Source: Pseudomonadota bacterium (lineage in GTDB: Bacteria; Actinomycetota; Thermoleophilia; Gaiellales; Gaiellaceae). Taken from it: DNA of 64,000 nucleotides. Both the position numbers and the translations under genes were made by a program. Numbering within the stretch: position 1 is the first letter of the stretch; every line of letters starts with the position of its first letter. Under the pieces are notes generated by a model. It was given only the letters and a program-made list of their open reading frames with translations, was not told the origin of the DNA and searched no databases. The DNA lies in assembly GCA_050262775.1 (NCBI GenBank), contig JBLNEO010000116.1, positions 6,176 to 70,175 of the forward strand, written 5' to 3'. Of the stretch, positions 18,013-27,132 are shown piece after piece.

Positions 18013-19191
18013 GTGGCTCCCCTAATCACGCTCGAGGAGGCCCAGCGACTCGTCCTCGCCCGTGTGCGGCGGCTCGACGCCGAGGACGTGCCGCTGGACG
18101 CCGCGTCCGGTCGCGTCGCCGCCGCCGACGTTCGCGCGGCCGTCGACCTCCCCTCGTTCCCGTCCTCCGCGATGGACGGGTTCGCCGTGCGGGCCGCGGA
18201 CGTCCCGGGCACGCTCCTCGTCGCGGAGCGCATCCCGGCGGGACGGCCGGCGCCGCGTCCGCTCGCCGCAGGTGAGGCGTTCGCGATCGCGACGGGCGGT
18301 GTCGTCCCGGACGGCGCCGACGCCGTCGTGCCGATCGAGGACGTTGTCGAGCGAGGCAACGCGATCGAGGTCGCCGGCCGTGTCGAGCCGGGAGCTCACG
18401 TCCGGTTGCCGGGCCGCGACGTCCGCTCCGGGGAGGTCGTGGTCGGAGCGGGGGCGACGATCACGCCCGGCCGGCTCGGCGCGCTCGGCGCCGCCGGGAT
18501 CGGCAGAGTGGCCGTCACGCGGCGCCCGCGCGCGGTGGTGGCGGCGACGGGGTCCGAGCTCCGTCGACCGGGCGAGGCGCTCGCCCCCGGCCAGGTGTAC
18601 GAGGCGAACGCCGCCATGCTCGCGGCCGGCCTGCGGGACGCCGGTGCCGAGGTCGACGTGCTCGACTCGGTGCCCGACGACGAGGCGGCACACCGGGATG
18701 CGCTCGTGCGCGGGCTCGAGGCCGACGTCCTCGTGACGTCCGGCGGCGTCTCCGTCGGACCCCACGACCTCGTGCGGCGCGTGCTCGGCGGGCTCGGCGC
18801 GGAGGAGGTGTTCTGGCGGGTCGCGGTGAAGCCCGGGAAGCCCGTGGCGTTCGCCGTGCGCGGCGAGACGCTCGTGTTCGGGCTTCCCGGGAATCCGGTC
18901 TCGTCGCTCGTCGGCTTCGAGCTCTTCGTCCGCCCCGCCGTGCGTGCGCTCCAGGGGGCGTCGGAGCCCTTCCGCACTCGCTCGGCGGCGCTGGCCGTCC
19001 CCGTTCGGCGTGACGCCGCACGGGACCAGCTCGTTCGCGCACGGCTGCGCGACGGCGTCGCGGAGCCGCTGTCGGGGCAGGAGTCGCACATGATCGTCCG
19101 GGCCGCGGCTGCGGACGCGCTCGTCCACATCCCACGCGGGGACGGCGAGCTCGCCGCGGGCACGACGGTGGCGTACGTGCCTCTCGACTAG
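18013..19191 (+). CDS. moeA: Molybdopterin molybdenumtransferase MoeA
   Basis: PSFPSSAMDGFAV, TGG.VP, SGGVSVG..D and LPGNPVS motifs. GTG 18013; the ORF-track extension back to 16081 is antisense to the kinase and is spurious. Confidence 0.9.
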   Translation: MAPLITLEEAQRLVLARVRRLDAEDVPLDAASGRVAAADVRAAVDLPSFPSSAMDGFAVRAADVPGTLLVAERIPAGRPAPRPLAAGEAFAIATGGVVPDGADAVVPIEDVVERGNAIEVAGRVEPGAHVRLPGRDVRSGEVVVGAGATITPGRLGALGAAGIGRVAVTRRPRAVVAATGSELRRPGEALAPGQVYEANAAMLAAGLRDAGAEVDVLDSVPDDEAAHRDALVRGLEADVLVTSGGVSVGPHDLVRRVLGGLGAEEVFWRVAVKPGKPVAFAVRGETLVFGLPGNPVSSLVGFELFVRPAVRALQGASEPFRTRSAALAVPVRRDAARDQLVRARLRDGVAEPLSGQESHMIVRAAAADALVHIPRGDGELAAGTTVAYVPLD

Positions 19192-19895
19192 CCGGTCGCG
19201 CTCGCCGCGAGCGCCGGCGCGTACGCCGGCCCGCCGCGCGGCACGACGCGCACCGGCCGCGCGTACGCGATCCAGCGGTGCGAGGCGAAGAAGCGCGGGT
19301 GGCACGCCTGCAGCGCGAGCACCTCTCGCGTGCCGGGCCGGAGCACCTCGAGCGCATCAGCCTCGACGATGCGGTGGCCCGTCACGCGGTACTCGAACGT
19401 CCCGTACGGGAGCTCGAGCTCGACGCGGTCGCCCGCGCGGAGGCTGTCGATCGCGGAGAACGGCGCGCCGTACGTGGTGCGGTGCCCGGCGATGTACACG
19501 AGCCGGTGCTCGCCGGGGAGGAACGAGCCGCGGTAGTGCCCGGGGCCGCGCTTCAGCGAGTCGTGGTCGGTCCCCTCGACGACGACCATGTTCACGCCCA
19601 TGCGCGGGATCCGGATCCGTCCGAGCGCGTCCCCCTCGTCGAGGCTTCGCCGGTACCGGCGCGCGGCCGTCGCGATCGCACGCGCGCGGTCGGACGGCGA
19701 CGCCGTCGCGGCCGGCGGCGGCAGTGCGAACGACGCCGCGCGGTCGTGGTAGTCCTCGGCGAGCTGCCGCTGCTCGTACGCCGTGTAGAGCTTGGTGAAC
19801 GGGTCCTGCCAGGCCCACACGGTCGCCGCCCAGGCGAGCAGCGCCACGCCGGCGACGACCAGGACGGTTCCGGTGATGCGGAGCGCCCGGCGCAT
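19188..19895 (-). CDS. Class E-like sortase
   Basis: N-terminal TM, then RIPRMGVNMVVVEG, IAGHRTTYGAPF and LQACHP (TLxTC-like Cys) motifs. ATG 19895 with GGAGG upstream, overlapping the upstream stop by 1 nt. Confidence 0.85.
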   Translation of the reverse strand: MRRALRITGTVLVVAGVALLAWAATVWAWQDPFTKLYTAYEQRQLAEDYHDRAASFALPPPAATASPSDRARAIATAARRYRRSLDEGDALGRIRIPRMGVNMVVVEGTDHDSLKRGPGHYRGSFLPGEHRLVYIAGHRTTYGAPFSAIDSLRAGDRVELELPYGTFEYRVTGHRIVEADALEVLRPGTREVLALQACHPRFFASHRWIAYARPVRVVPRGGPAYAPALAASATG

Positions 19896-21769
19896 CAGCC
19901 TCCGACCTCGCGCTTCTCGTGCGCCGAGACCCGCCGCGCGCGCACCGCGAGCACCGTCCGCCGCACGGCCTCCCGCAACGGACCGCGGCGTCCGCGCTCG
20001 ACGTTCGCGTACGGCGCGTAGCGACCGGCGGCGAGCGCCGCGAGCTGGCCCGCACATGCGATGTACGCGAGGAACAGGAGCATCGGCATCGGCGAGACGT
20101 ACCCGACGGAGACGAGCGTCAGCAGGTACCAGGGCGCATCGAGCCCGAGCCCGTAGCGCGTCGCGAACGAGAGGAGGAGCAGCACGGGGCCGGCGAAGCC
20201 GGCGGCGAGGACGGCCGCCCGCGTCCAGCTGCGCCGGTCGCGCAGCTGCGGCAGCCAGAGCCACGCGTGCAGCGCGGGCAGCAGGAACACGAGGGCGTAC
20301 GCGTTCGTCACGACGACGAGCAGGGCGAGGAGGCCGAGCGCGAGCAGGGCCGTCGTGTGTCCCGCGAGCTCCTCCGCATCCGTCACCCGCCCGCGCGGGA
20401 CGAGCCGCTGTCGGGCGAGCAGCCACGCGGCGGCGGCCGAGGCGGCGAGGAGCGCGACGCCGAGCACCGACCAGCTGCGCGCGATCGGGTCCTCGGGCGA
20501 CACGGGGCGGTCGACCCCCCGCGGCCACACGCCGAGGAGGTCGAGCAGCAGGAAGGTCGCTCCGACCGAGGCCCAGAACGCGAGCCGCGTGCGGAGCGCC
20601 CGCCACGCGGACCCGAGCGGGATCCGACGCCGCCGGCAGCGCGCGAAGAGATCGACGGCCGCGGCGAGGAAGGGGAGGGTCATCGCGGCGAGCACGAGCT
20701 GGAGCGCCCAGCCGCGCAGGATCCGGTCTCCGAGGTACAGGTAGCCGGTCGTCGACGGGCCGGGCTCGATGCCCTGGTCGAGCGAGAGGAGGAGCTGCTG
20801 CGACGCGCGCCCGAGCTGTCCGAGCCGAGCCGCGTCGAGGGTCGCAGGCGTGTCGGCGAAGGAGTCGGGGCGGCGCTCCGGTGCGGTCGTCACCGTCACC
20901 GCGGCGACGCCGCGCGAGACGAACGGCGCGTGCTCGAAGAGGGAGAACGGGAAGGCGAGGTCGAACAGCTGTCCGAGCGCGCCCTCGCGCGCGGGCGGCG
21001 CTCCGGTCTCCTCGAGGATGCGCTCGGACGCCGTCCGGACGAGCACCGGCGACGCTGTCAGCGGCCGGTCGGAGTCGATGGCGAGCCGCGGCGGGTCGCG
21101 CCCGGCGAGGGCGTCGAGCGACACGACGGCCGCGATGCGGTCGCGGTAGGCCGGGCTCGCGGCGAGCTCGGCCGCGCCGAGCCCGCCGTACGCCCCGCCG
21201 TCGGTCGAGACGAAGAGGATCGTGTGTGCCGGCCGGACGCGCCCCGGCGGCGACCCCGCCGTCGTCGGACGCGCGTACGCCCGCGCGAGCTCCACCAGCG
21301 CGGCCGTGCCCGACGCGTTGTCGTTCGCCCCCGGGCCGAAGCCCGCGTCGTCACGGTGCGCGAGCACCACGAGCGTGCGCGGCGAGCGGCCCGGCGCGCG
21401 GACGACGACGTTCGTGAGCGTTCGGCGGCCGACGCCGGGGACGTCGACCGTGAACCGCTGGCGCTCCGCGCGGAACCCGTAGAGGCGGAACTTCTCCTCG
21501 ACCCAGTTGACGGGGCCGAGCTCGCCCGGCGCGCGGCGCGGGTACTGCACCGCGAGGTCGTCGGCGAGGACGCGCGCCGACTCGCCGTCGAACGTCGCCG
21601 GGAGCGGCGGCGGCGGCAGGGGCTCCGGGCGTCCCACACTGAAGGCGGCCACGAGGAGGGGCACGCCGACGAGGAGCCACGTGCCCCGGTACATCCGGCC
21701 GTTGACGGGCCGCTCGAGGGAGCCTCGGCGGGCGCGCCGCCGGCCCCGAAATCCCGCTGGAGCGGCCAT
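19895..21769 (-). CDS. M28 family metallopeptidase fused to a C-terminal polytopic membrane domain
   Basis: LAHRDD...GANDNASGTAALVELAR...FVSTDGGAYGG (M28 zinc ligands), then about 7 hydrophobic helices. Confidence 0.75.
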   Translation of the reverse strand: MAAPAGFRGRRRARRGSLERPVNGRMYRGTWLLVGVPLLVAAFSVGRPEPLPPPPLPATFDGESARVLADDLAVQYPRRAPGELGPVNWVEEKFRLYGFRAERQRFTVDVPGVGRRTLTNVVVRAPGRSPRTLVVLAHRDDAGFGPGANDNASGTAALVELARAYARPTTAGSPPGRVRPAHTILFVSTDGGAYGGLGAAELAASPAYRDRIAAVVSLDALAGRDPPRLAIDSDRPLTASPVLVRTASERILEETGAPPAREGALGQLFDLAFPFSLFEHAPFVSRGVAAVTVTTAPERRPDSFADTPATLDAARLGQLGRASQQLLLSLDQGIEPGPSTTGYLYLGDRILRGWALQLVLAAMTLPFLAAAVDLFARCRRRRIPLGSAWRALRTRLAFWASVGATFLLLDLLGVWPRGVDRPVSPEDPIARSWSVLGVALLAASAAAAWLLARQRLVPRGRVTDAEELAGHTTALLALGLLALLVVVTNAYALVFLLPALHAWLWLPQLRDRRSWTRAAVLAAGFAGPVLLLLSFATRYGLGLDAPWYLLTLVSVGYVSPMPMLLFLAYIACAGQLAALAAGRYAPYANVERGRRGPLREAVRRTVLAVRARRVSAHEKREVGG

Positions 21770-21819
21770 TTCCAGGGCTATAGTAGGCCGTCGATCCGCC
21801 GTTCCGGCTTCGCGCGCCC

Positions 21820-22518
21820 ATGGCCGACTCTCCCACGATCCTCCTCGTCGACGACGAGGACTCCGTCCAGAAGCTGCTCGCGTACCCGCTCGAGCGGGAC
21901 GGCTACCGCGTGCTGCCGGCGCGCGACGGCGAGGAGGCGCTCGCGCGCTTCGCCTCCGAGAAGGTGGATCTCGTCGTCCTCGACCTCATGCTGCCGCGGC
22001 TCGACGGCCTCGAGGTCTGCAAGCGGCTGCGCGCGCAGAGCTCCGTCCCGATCATCATGCTCACCGCGCGCGACGACGAGCTCGACAAGGTGCTCGGGCT
22101 CGAGCTGGGCGCCGACGACTACGTCACGAAGCCGTTCTCGATCCGCGAGTTCCGCAGCCGGGTGAAGGCGCTCCTCCGGCGCGCGTCGGCGCCTCGCCAC
22201 GACCCCCGCGGGGACGAGGTGATCGTCAACGACGGGCTCTCGATCGACCTGGCGCGCCGCGTGGTGGAGGTTCGCGGGCGGCCCGTCCAGCTCACCTACG
22301 TCGAGTTCGAGCTCCTGCGCATCCTCGCGGCGAATCCGGGGCGGGTGTACACCCGCCAGATGCTGCTGGAGGCGCTCTGGGGCGGGTACGAGTACCGCGA
22401 GCCGCGCACGATCGACGTCCACGTGCGCCACCTGCGGGAGAAGCTCGAGGCGGAACCCCGCGAGCCCGAGCTGATCCACACGGTTCGCGGCGTCGGCTAC
22501 CGGTTCCGCGACGCGTGA
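21820..22518 (+). CDS. OmpR/PhoB-family response regulator (MprA/MtrA-like)
   Basis: Receiver DLVVLDLMLPRLDG plus a winged-helix TVRGVGYRF. Confidence 0.93.
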   Translation: MADSPTILLVDDEDSVQKLLAYPLERDGYRVLPARDGEEALARFASEKVDLVVLDLMLPRLDGLEVCKRLRAQSSVPIIMLTARDDELDKVLGLELGADDYVTKPFSIREFRSRVKALLRRASAPRHDPRGDEVIVNDGLSIDLARRVVEVRGRPVQLTYVEFELLRILAANPGRVYTRQMLLEALWGGYEYREPRTIDVHVRHLREKLEAEPREPELIHTVRGVGYRFRDA

Positions 22519-23933
22519 ACGCCTTCCGAAGCGTCGGCGCACAGCTCGCGCTCGCCCTGGCGCTCGTCGTCGCCGTCGCGCTCGGGATCGTCTGGGCGAT
22601 CGTCGTCCCGCGGCTCGAGCGGAGCCTCGTGGCGGCGAAGGTCGAGTCGCTGCGGCGTGTCAGCGAGCCGATCGCGAACAGCTTCCCGACGGCGCTGCTC
22701 GGCACGCCGGATCTCCGCTTCACGGTCGACGAGACGATCGGCGACATCGCCGACCGGACGAACGCGCGCGTGACGATCTTCGATCCCCTCACACTCGACT
22801 CGCTCTCGGTGATCGGCGACTCGCGCCTGCCGCGGTCCGCGAGCGACATCCAGGACGACCCGATCGCCGTGCGCGCGTCCGCCTCGGTCGCGCCGGCGCA
22901 GGGGACCGTGACGCGGCACGACGAGCGCTTCGCGGAGGTCGCCTTCCCGCTGTACACCGCGAGCGGCACGGTGATCCTGTTCTCGTCGTCGCTCGACGAC
23001 ACGCTCGCGAACGTCCAGCTCGTGAAGCGTCGGGTGCTGCTCGCCGCGGTGCCCGCGCTGCTCGTCGCCGTCCTGCTCGGGTACGGCCTCGCCTCGGTGT
23101 TCGCCCGACGGATCCGCCGGCTGGAGCGCGCGGCCGATCGGATCGCCGGCGGCCGGTTCGACGAGCCGGTGTCCGTGTCGGGGCATGACGAGCTCGCGCA
23201 GCTCGCGGGCGCGTTCGAGCGGATGCGCGGACGGCTCGCCCAGCTCGAGCGCGCGAGGCGCGAGTTCATCGCCAACGCGTCGCACGAGCTCCGGACGCCG
23301 ATCTTCTCCCTCGGCGGGTTCGTCGAGCTGATGGCGGACGAGGAGCTCGACGAGCGGACGCGGCGCGAGTTCCTCGCGACCATGCAGGAGCAGATCCGGC
23401 GGCTCCAGAAGCTCGCCACGGATCTCCTCGACCTCTCGCGCCTCGACGCCGGGCAGCTGCTCGTCGAGGTCGAGCCCCTCGAGCTCGCGTCCGTCGCCGG
23501 GGACGTCGCGGACGAGTTCGCGGCCGTCGCTCACGGCACGGGTCACGAGATTCGCGTGAGCGGCCGGGCCGACGCCCTCGGCGACGAGCAGCGGGTGCTG
23601 CAGATCGCCAGGATCCTCGTCGAGAACGCGATCCGGCACACACCGCCGCGGACGACCATTCGCGTCGACGTCGGCACCGCCGCCGGCGGGGCGTGGCTGC
23701 AGGTCGAGGACGACGGCGCGGGGATTCCGGCGGAGCACCGCGAGCAGGTCTTCGAGCGCTTCTACCGGATCGAGGGCAACCGGGCGTCCGGGAGCGGCCT
23801 CGGGCTCGCGATCGCGCGCGAGCTCGCGGTGCTGATGGGCGGTTCCCTCGAGCTGGAGTCGGACCGGGGGTTCACGCGGTTCCGCCTCCTGCTGCCGGCC
23901 GCGACACCGGTGCGCGCGCTCACCGCGGCCTAG
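22515..23933 (+). CDS. Sensor histidine kinase (HAMP, HisKA, HATPase; MprB-like)
   Basis: Two TM helices, HAMP, H-box FIANASHELRTP, N-box ENAIRHT and G-box GSGLGLAIA. GTGA overlap with the response regulator gene. Confidence 0.9.
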   Translation: MNAFRSVGAQLALALALVVAVALGIVWAIVVPRLERSLVAAKVESLRRVSEPIANSFPTALLGTPDLRFTVDETIGDIADRTNARVTIFDPLTLDSLSVIGDSRLPRSASDIQDDPIAVRASASVAPAQGTVTRHDERFAEVAFPLYTASGTVILFSSSLDDTLANVQLVKRRVLLAAVPALLVAVLLGYGLASVFARRIRRLERAADRIAGGRFDEPVSVSGHDELAQLAGAFERMRGRLAQLERARREFIANASHELRTPIFSLGGFVELMADEELDERTRREFLATMQEQIRRLQKLATDLLDLSRLDAGQLLVEVEPLELASVAGDVADEFAAVAHGTGHEIRVSGRADALGDEQRVLQIARILVENAIRHTPPRTTIRVDVGTAAGGAWLQVEDDGAGIPAEHREQVFERFYRIEGNRASGSGLGLAIARELAVLMGGSLELESDRGFTRFRLLLPAATPVRALTAA

Positions 23934-23954
23934 CCGTTTTCCCGTGAAAACAGC

Positions 23955-23975
23955 CTGCATCGGAACCCGATGCAG
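23955..23975 (+). terminator. Perfect 9-bp hairpin CTGCATCGG-aac-CCGATGCAG after the kinase gene, preceded by a weaker hairpin at 23936-23951
   Basis: Read directly from the sequence. Only a TT follows, so terminator function is tentative. Confidence 0.3.
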
Positions 23976-23988
23976 TTCGGCCCGCGGC

Positions 23989-23994
23989 TATCGT
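23989..23994 (+). promoter_or_regulatory. Candidate -10 (TATCGT) for a leaderless htrA-like transcript
   Basis: TANNNT lies 7 nt before ATG 24002. This favours ATG 24002 (MRPSAVAAVSLV...) over the ORF-track GTG 23993. Confidence 0.4.
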
Positions 23995-24001
23995 GACACC
24001 C

Positions 24002-25213
24002 ATGCGTCCCAGCGCGGTCGCCGCCGTTTCCCTCGTCTCCGCCCTCCTCGGCGCGGCCGCGGTGCTGCTCGTCGCCGGCGCGGCCGGCTGGGTGGGTGAC
24101 TCCGGCACGGAGACGGTCTTCGCGCCCGCACCGGCTGCGCCGCCGTCGGTCGACGACGAGCCCGCGAGCATCACCTCGGCAGCGCGGCCGCTGCCCGGCA
24201 ACGGGTTCGAGCCGGCGACGCTGTACGCGGAGCGCGCGGCGGGCGTCGTCACGATCTTCGCGCGGTTCGGCGCCGCCGAGGGGCAGGGCTCCGGCTTCGT
24301 CGTCTCGGAAGACGGCGTCATCCTCACGAACGCCCACGTGATCACGAACGCCGGCGAGGCGTCGTCCGCCGACAGGGCGGAGGCGGCCGACGAGCTCTTC
24401 GTCGAGTTCCGGGACGGGGACGTGGTGCCCGCCGAGGTGGTCGGGTGGGACGTCTTCGACGACGTCGGGGTGCTCCGCGTCGACCCGAAGCTGCACGAGC
24501 TCGCTCCGGTGCCGCTCGGCGACTCCGGCGCGGTGCGCGTCGGCGAGCCCGTCGCGGCCATCGGCAGCCCCTTCGGCGCCGAGAGCTCGCTCACCGTCGG
24601 CGTCGTCTCCGCCACGCGACGCTCGATCGCGGCGCTGACGTCGGAGTACCAGCTCGTCGACGCGATCCAGACGGACGCGCCGATCAACAAGGGCAACTCG
24701 GGCGGCCCCCTCTTCGACGCGCGCGGCCGCGTGATCGGGATCAACGCCCAGATCCGGAGCGAGTCCGGGCTCAACGAGGGGCTCGGCTTCGCCGTCCCGA
24801 TCAACGCGGCGCGGCGCTCGCTCGGACAGCTGCTCCGCGACGGCGAGGTCTCGTACGCCTACGTCGGCATCTCCACCGGCGACCTGACGCCCTCGCTCGC
24901 GCGCCGCCTGAAGGCGAGGGTGCACCGTGGCGCGCTCGTGACGGAGGTGACGGAGGGAAGCCCGGCGGAGCGGGCGGGCTTCCGCGGGGGCACCCGCACG
25001 CTGGAGATCGACGGCCGGACGGTCACGGTCGGAGGCGACGTCGTCGTCTCGATCGCGGGCCGGCCCGTGCGCAGCGGGGACGATCTCGTCCGCATCGTCG
25101 CCGGCGAGCTCCGGCCCGGGCAGGTCGCGTCGTTCACCGTGCTGCGCGACGGCCGGTTCCTGCGGCTCTCCGTGCGGCTCGCAGAACGACCGACCGTGCC
25201 GCCCCGGGAGTAG
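24002..25213 (+). CDS. HtrA/DegP/PepD-like serine protease (trypsin-like domain plus PDZ)
   Basis: TNAHV, D, and GNSGGPL catalytic triad context; C-terminal PDZ; N-terminal TM. The RR-HK-HtrA order resembles mprA-mprB-pepD. Confidence 0.9.
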   Translation: MRPSAVAAVSLVSALLGAAAVLLVAGAAGWVGDSGTETVFAPAPAAPPSVDDEPASITSAARPLPGNGFEPATLYAERAAGVVTIFARFGAAEGQGSGFVVSEDGVILTNAHVITNAGEASSADRAEAADELFVEFRDGDVVPAEVVGWDVFDDVGVLRVDPKLHELAPVPLGDSGAVRVGEPVAAIGSPFGAESSLTVGVVSATRRSIAALTSEYQLVDAIQTDAPINKGNSGGPLFDARGRVIGINAQIRSESGLNEGLGFAVPINAARRSLGQLLRDGEVSYAYVGISTGDLTPSLARRLKARVHRGALVTEVTEGSPAERAGFRGGTRTLEIDGRTVTVGGDVVVSIAGRPVRSGDDLVRIVAGELRPGQVASFTVLRDGRFLRLSVRLAERPTVPPRE

Positions 25214-25333
25214 CACCCGGTGGGTTTGGCTGCCAGACGCGCGCGGTATGAGCCGCTCGGGGATCGTCCCGGCGGCGAGATTCGGCAGGTTTGCCGCGCT
25301 TTCGAGGGAGGAATTTGTGGTAAATGACCAGCG

Positions 25334-25795
25334 ATGACGGCGGGAGTTGACGAGGTGCCGATGCGTGGGGCCTCCGACGTTCTCCCGGCGATCCGGCTGA
25401 CGATCCCTGCGAAGGCGGAGTACGTCTCGCTCGCTCGCCTCGCCCTCACCGGGCTCTCGCGTCTGCGCGCGCTCGATGACGAGACGCTCGCGGACCTCAA
25501 GCTGGCGATCACGGAGGCGACGTCGAACTCCGTCCGCCACGCGTACGCGAACGGCGACGGGACGGTCGAGGTCGTCTACGACCTCAGGCCCGACCAGCTC
25601 GTGATCGAGGTCAGCGACGACGGCGAGGGGTTCGACTACGACGAGGAGCAGGCACCGACGGCCGCGGGCGGCGAGCTCACCGAGGGCGGCCTCGGGATCG
25701 CGATCATCCAGGCGATCGCCGACGAGTTCGAGCTCGGCCGTGGCCCGGGGGGACGCGGCTCGCGCCTCCGCTTCGCCAAGCGCCTCGAGGGTTGA
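25334..25795 (+). CDS. RsbW/SpoIIAB-like anti-sigma factor serine kinase (HATPase_c_2)
   Basis: IRLTIPAKAEYVSLARL...EATSNSVRHAY...DDGEGF...GGLGIAII. The start could instead be ATG 25361. Confidence 0.75.
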   Translation: MTAGVDEVPMRGASDVLPAIRLTIPAKAEYVSLARLALTGLSRLRALDDETLADLKLAITEATSNSVRHAYANGDGTVEVVYDLRPDQLVIEVSDDGEGFDYDEEQAPTAAGGELTEGGLGIAIIQAIADEFELGRGPGGRGSRLRFAKRLEG

Positions 25796-25826
25796 CCGCC
25801 GCGCGTCGCCGCGACACCGAACGCTG

Positions 25827-27119
25827 ATGCTCCCGCTCGTCAACGTCGGCCGCAAGTCGCTGGGCGATTACGCGACGATCGCCACCCGCGGCCTCATGGA
25901 CGAGATCCGGCGCCTCGCGGAGCCGCTCGCGGGGAAGCGCGTCGCGCACCTCTCGGCGACCGCGTTCGGGGGCGGCGTCGCCGAGATCAACTACACGCTC
26001 ATCCCCCTGATGGCGGACGCGGGGCTCGACGTGGAATGGCGGATCGTCCGCGGGCAGGACGAGTTCTTCGACGTCACGAAGACGATCCACAACGCGCTCC
26101 AGGGCGACCCGCGGGGCCTGACCCCGGAGCAGCAGCACCTCTTCCACCGCTACAGCGAGGAGAACGCGCGCGACTTCGACCCGGACGACTACGACTACGT
26201 GATCGTCCACGACCCGCAGCCCGTGGCGATGATCGACTACGCCCCGCGCGGGTCGGCGAAGTGGATCTGGCGCGGGCACATCGACTTCTCGACCCCCAAC
26301 CCGCAGGTGATGGAGTTCCTGCTGCCGTCGATCCGGCGCTACGACGCCGCGATCTTCCACCTGCGGGACTACGTCCCGCGCGCCGACGGGTTGCCCCCGT
26401 GCGTGATCTGGCCGCCGGCGATCGACCCGCTGGCGCCCAAGAACATGGCGTTGTCCCCCGAGGACGCGGCGTACATCGTCGACCAGTTCGGCATCGACGT
26501 CGAGCGGCCCCTGATCACGCAGGTGTCCCGCTTCGATCCGTGGAAGGATCCGCTCGGGGTGATCGACGCGTACCGGCTCGTGAAGGAGCGGTTCCCGGCG
26601 GTGCAGCTCGCCCTCGTCGGCTCGATGGCGCACGACGATCCGGAGGGATGGGACTTCTACAACCGGACGATCGAGCACGCGGGCGGCGATCCGGACGTGT
26701 TCATCCTCTCCAACCTCAACAACGTCGGCTCCGTCGAGGTGAACGCGTTCCAGGTGCATTCGGCCGCGGTCGTGCAGAAGTCGACCCGCGAGGGCTTCGG
26801 GTTGACGGTGTCGGAGGCGCTCTGGAAGGCGCGGCCGGTCGTCGCCGGGCGCGTCGGCGGCATCGTCGTCCAGATCGAGGACGGCGTCACCGGCTGGCTG
26901 GTCGATTCCGCGGAGGCGTGCGGGCACGCCCTCGTCGAGATCCTCCGCGACCCGGTGGAGGCCCGGACGCGCGCCCTCGGCGGCAAGGAGCACGTCCGTC
27001 GGCACTTCCTCACGCCGCGGCTCCTGCGCGACTGGCTCGCGCTCTTCGGCACGCTCGCCGGCAACGACGTCGGCGACGTCGAGCTGGAGATCGTGCAGCC
27101 GGCTCCCGCCGCGCCGTAG
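25827..27119 (+). CDS. treT: Trehalose glycosyltransferring synthase TreT (GT4)
   Basis: Long collinear similarity to archaeal/Rubrobacter TreT as I recall it: SATAFGGGVAEI, FFDVTKTIHNALQG, ITQVSRFDPWKDP, MAHDDPEGW, VNAFQ...STREGFGLTVSEALWK. Confidence 0.85.
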   Translation: MLPLVNVGRKSLGDYATIATRGLMDEIRRLAEPLAGKRVAHLSATAFGGGVAEINYTLIPLMADAGLDVEWRIVRGQDEFFDVTKTIHNALQGDPRGLTPEQQHLFHRYSEENARDFDPDDYDYVIVHDPQPVAMIDYAPRGSAKWIWRGHIDFSTPNPQVMEFLLPSIRRYDAAIFHLRDYVPRADGLPPCVIWPPAIDPLAPKNMALSPEDAAYIVDQFGIDVERPLITQVSRFDPWKDPLGVIDAYRLVKERFPAVQLALVGSMAHDDPEGWDFYNRTIEHAGGDPDVFILSNLNNVGSVEVNAFQVHSAAVVQKSTREGFGLTVSEALWKARPVVAGRVGGIVVQIEDGVTGWLVDSAEACGHALVEILRDPVEARTRALGGKEHVRRHFLTPRLLRDWLALFGTLAGNDVGDVELEIVQPAPAAP

Positions 27120-27132
27120 GCTTCCGGCCGTC

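Noticed and set aside
23936-23951. parS-like palindrome GTTTTCCCGTGAAAAC near the origin region.
   Set aside because: It superficially resembles TGTTTCACGTGAAACA, but each arm has an extra T/A and the centre is CCGT rather than CACGTG. I found no exact parS by eye anywhere in the window; a computational scan with mismatches is still advisable.
25214-25333. SigB/SigF-type promoter (GTTT-N-GGGTAT) or other regulatory RNA in the 120-bp gap upstream of the RsbW-like kinase, which contains a low-GC patch (ggaggaatttgtggtaaatgacc).
   Set aside because: No spacing variant gave a convincing match: GGTTT is present, but the downstream element is GAGGAA or GGGAGG. The GGAGGA sits too far (23 nt) from ATG 25334 to be its SD. 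Left unassigned.
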